Shown in pieces: positions 61,961 to 64,000 of a DNA stretch of 64,000 bases; the stretch's first letter is position 1, and every line of letters begins with the position of its first letter. The stretch lies in contig JAQFVV010000005.1 of NCBI GenBank assembly GCA_028023455.1, positions 12,338,001 to 12,402,000 on the forward strand, given 5' to 3'. The translations under genes and the position numbers were made by a program. This DNA is from Epiperipatus broadwayi (lineage: Eukaryota > Animalia > Onychophora). The notes under the pieces are model-generated. The model made no database searches. It was not told the origin of the DNA and saw only the letters and a list, made by a program, of their open reading frames with translations.

Positions 61961-62910
61961 CTATAAAAAAAACAAAAAAACAATAATAAATACATCAACA
62001 ATGCTAAGAAATTTGTGGGTATTTGATTACAGATGTACATTCTCAAAAAAAATCACTAGTGAATTCTGAATACCAAATGATTTCAAATTATTGAAGACAT
62101 ATATCTTAAAAACGTTTGCAAATGATTTCAAATACAAAATAAGACCTGTTTAAATCTAATAAACTGAAAACTAACAGAAAAATGTATATATAATGTAAAG
62201 GCATAATTGCAATCAAGAAGTATATAGGGTGCCCTGAGAAACAGACACTCTACTGAACACAAAATTGAGATTACATTTACATTATGTGCATTAAGTTTAT
62301 TAGCTTTCCATTAGATTGATTCATCACCTGATATTATTCATACCAGGTATGAATATAAAAGCTATAGGAAATGACATAGATGCTAACTCTAACACTTATA
62401 TGGAGATAGCTTTATAAATTAATACCCTAATCCTCATTTAATCTAAATGAATAAAATGTAAAATTTACCTAAATTATATGATTACAAATTATAGTTTAGC
62501 CAGATACCTCATTTAACAAAAGGAGTAAAATCATTAATTTAATTAATAACAAAACAATTTATTTACATTCAGTTATAATATACTTCATAAATAATCCTGG
62601 TTAGATATTAAGTGATAAATATAAAGGGTTGTGTCTATATAATGCATTAAACCATTTGCAGTGTTAGACAAATAACAAATTTGGAATTGAACAAAAACAT
62701 ACAATTATTCTCATTTATACGATATAAGTTCATATAATTTATGACTTATTCAAGTTTGAAATACTATCTAATGATAAATCAACTAAGTATCAAATCTTTT
62801 CCATTAATTCACACATATATATTGTACTGGACAAAACATGTTTATCCATCTAACATGAGCTGGAACTCACAAAATGTACTTCAACCTGGGCTGGGAGGTT
62901 TCCATTTCAA

Positions 62911-62930
62911 TATATATATATATATATATA
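62911..62930. repeat. (TA)10 microsatellite
   Basis: Read directly from the sequence. Confidence 0.9.
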
Positions 62931-63576
62931 TTAACCATTGACTATGTCTAAATAAAGTATTGGAAGGAAGTTCAGGATGATGAAGTGATAAAACACATTA
63001 TCAATGCTTGCTTAAGCACTTTAAAGGATCTAGTATATTTTACTTTATCCTGAGTAATTGGAAGGTTTAAGGTCTAATAGTTATTGACAATTATTCCTTA
63101 GTAAATTGTTAGATGATTTTATTATCTGCAGTTTTATTAATCTTTACTGATTGTCTTTCCTTAATCCAACATCCTATAACTCTAGGTTTTGGTAATAGCT
63201 GTAAAGGCATAAACTATTTGATTATTTAATATCTTCTTCAAAGAGATTTGTTTTCCTTGTCATGTATATTCCTATGGTAATAATATATATATATATATTC
63301 CATTGCATTATGGGCTAATCCTAAAGCATCAAGATATCTGCATGAAGAAATAAATTTTTTACATTTTATTATTGTACATATATAATTCCATTGCATACAT
63401 CCTTTGAAGCTAGCACTAAATATTTAAGCAATTATTATTTGATGTTTAAATTTCCTTTTGATATAGTTTATCTCTAATCTGTTTATGGTCGCTATTATTG
63501 GTATTTCCAAAGTAATTTCGTCATCATTCCATATATGGAGTTTAAATATTCTATTTTAGCCAACACACACATATAT

Positions 63577-63786
63577 CACATGATCACCATTTCTTATGCT
63601 TGCTCAAGCTGTTAAAACAGGCAAAACTCTCCATACAGTAGTGCCACTTGGTGCAAACTAGAAACTAGTCTGGGGATATTGGATGAGTAGGCACTAGATA
63701 GGGATTTTATGCACAAACCTTCTTGTACCCTCTGATTACTCTGGCTTGCACTGAGTGGCACTACTGTATGGAGAATTTTACCTGTT
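63577..63786. mobile_element. H1 copy 3 with inverted 5' segment
   Basis: 63616-63658 is the reverse complement of 63744-63786. The sense part starts at AGAAACTAGTC. Possible diverged TSD CACACACATATAT / CATACCCATATAT (11/13). Confidence 0.85.
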
Positions 63787-64000
63787 CATACCCATATATA
63801 TAAAGACTTCTTGAATTTGGCTTTGTAAACTTGAAAATCTCAGTATAGAGAATAAATTCCTTTTTGAGCACTAAGTTAATATATTCCAAGTGTTATTAGA
63901 TCTTGATTTACATTTAGATCTCAATGTTGGAGGTATGTCATGATACATTATTCATTCAGCACTTCATCTCTAAGCTTTTCTTACACTTGTACATTATAAA

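Larger units (their letters stand above)
55670..62190. repeat. Segmental duplication copy 2 (direct repeat of ~19250-25220)
   Basis: Colinear with copy 1 and carries an extra ~0.9-kb segment at ~56170-57060. Confidence 0.9.

Overview
Very AT-rich eukaryotic genomic DNA (animal, probably arthropod; this is inferred from gene and repeat content). There are no prokaryotic features and no CRISPR array. Two intact tandem C2H2 zinc-finger ORFs (21771-22859 and 58542-59762, both minus strand) are paralogues inside a diverged ~6 kb direct segmental duplication ~37 kb apart. The rest is mostly retroelement DNA: one young 5'-truncated RTE LINE, several decayed RTE pieces, Penelope-like elements (PLEs; RT plus C-terminal GIY-YIG) with inverted terminal repeats, a hAT MITE and several fold-back elements. 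The most unusual content is RNA-structural. I find 11 minimal hammerhead-ribozyme (HHR)-like motifs from at least four sequence families, together showing three versions of the core 3-8 pair (C-G, U-A, A-U). One PLE family carries a tRNA-derived Pol III promoter (A and B boxes) directly upstream of its HHR, and a 614-bp non-coding palindromic derivative of it sits between 15-bp target-site duplications. All calls were made by eye, boundaries of decayed elements are approximate, and ribozyme activity is untested.
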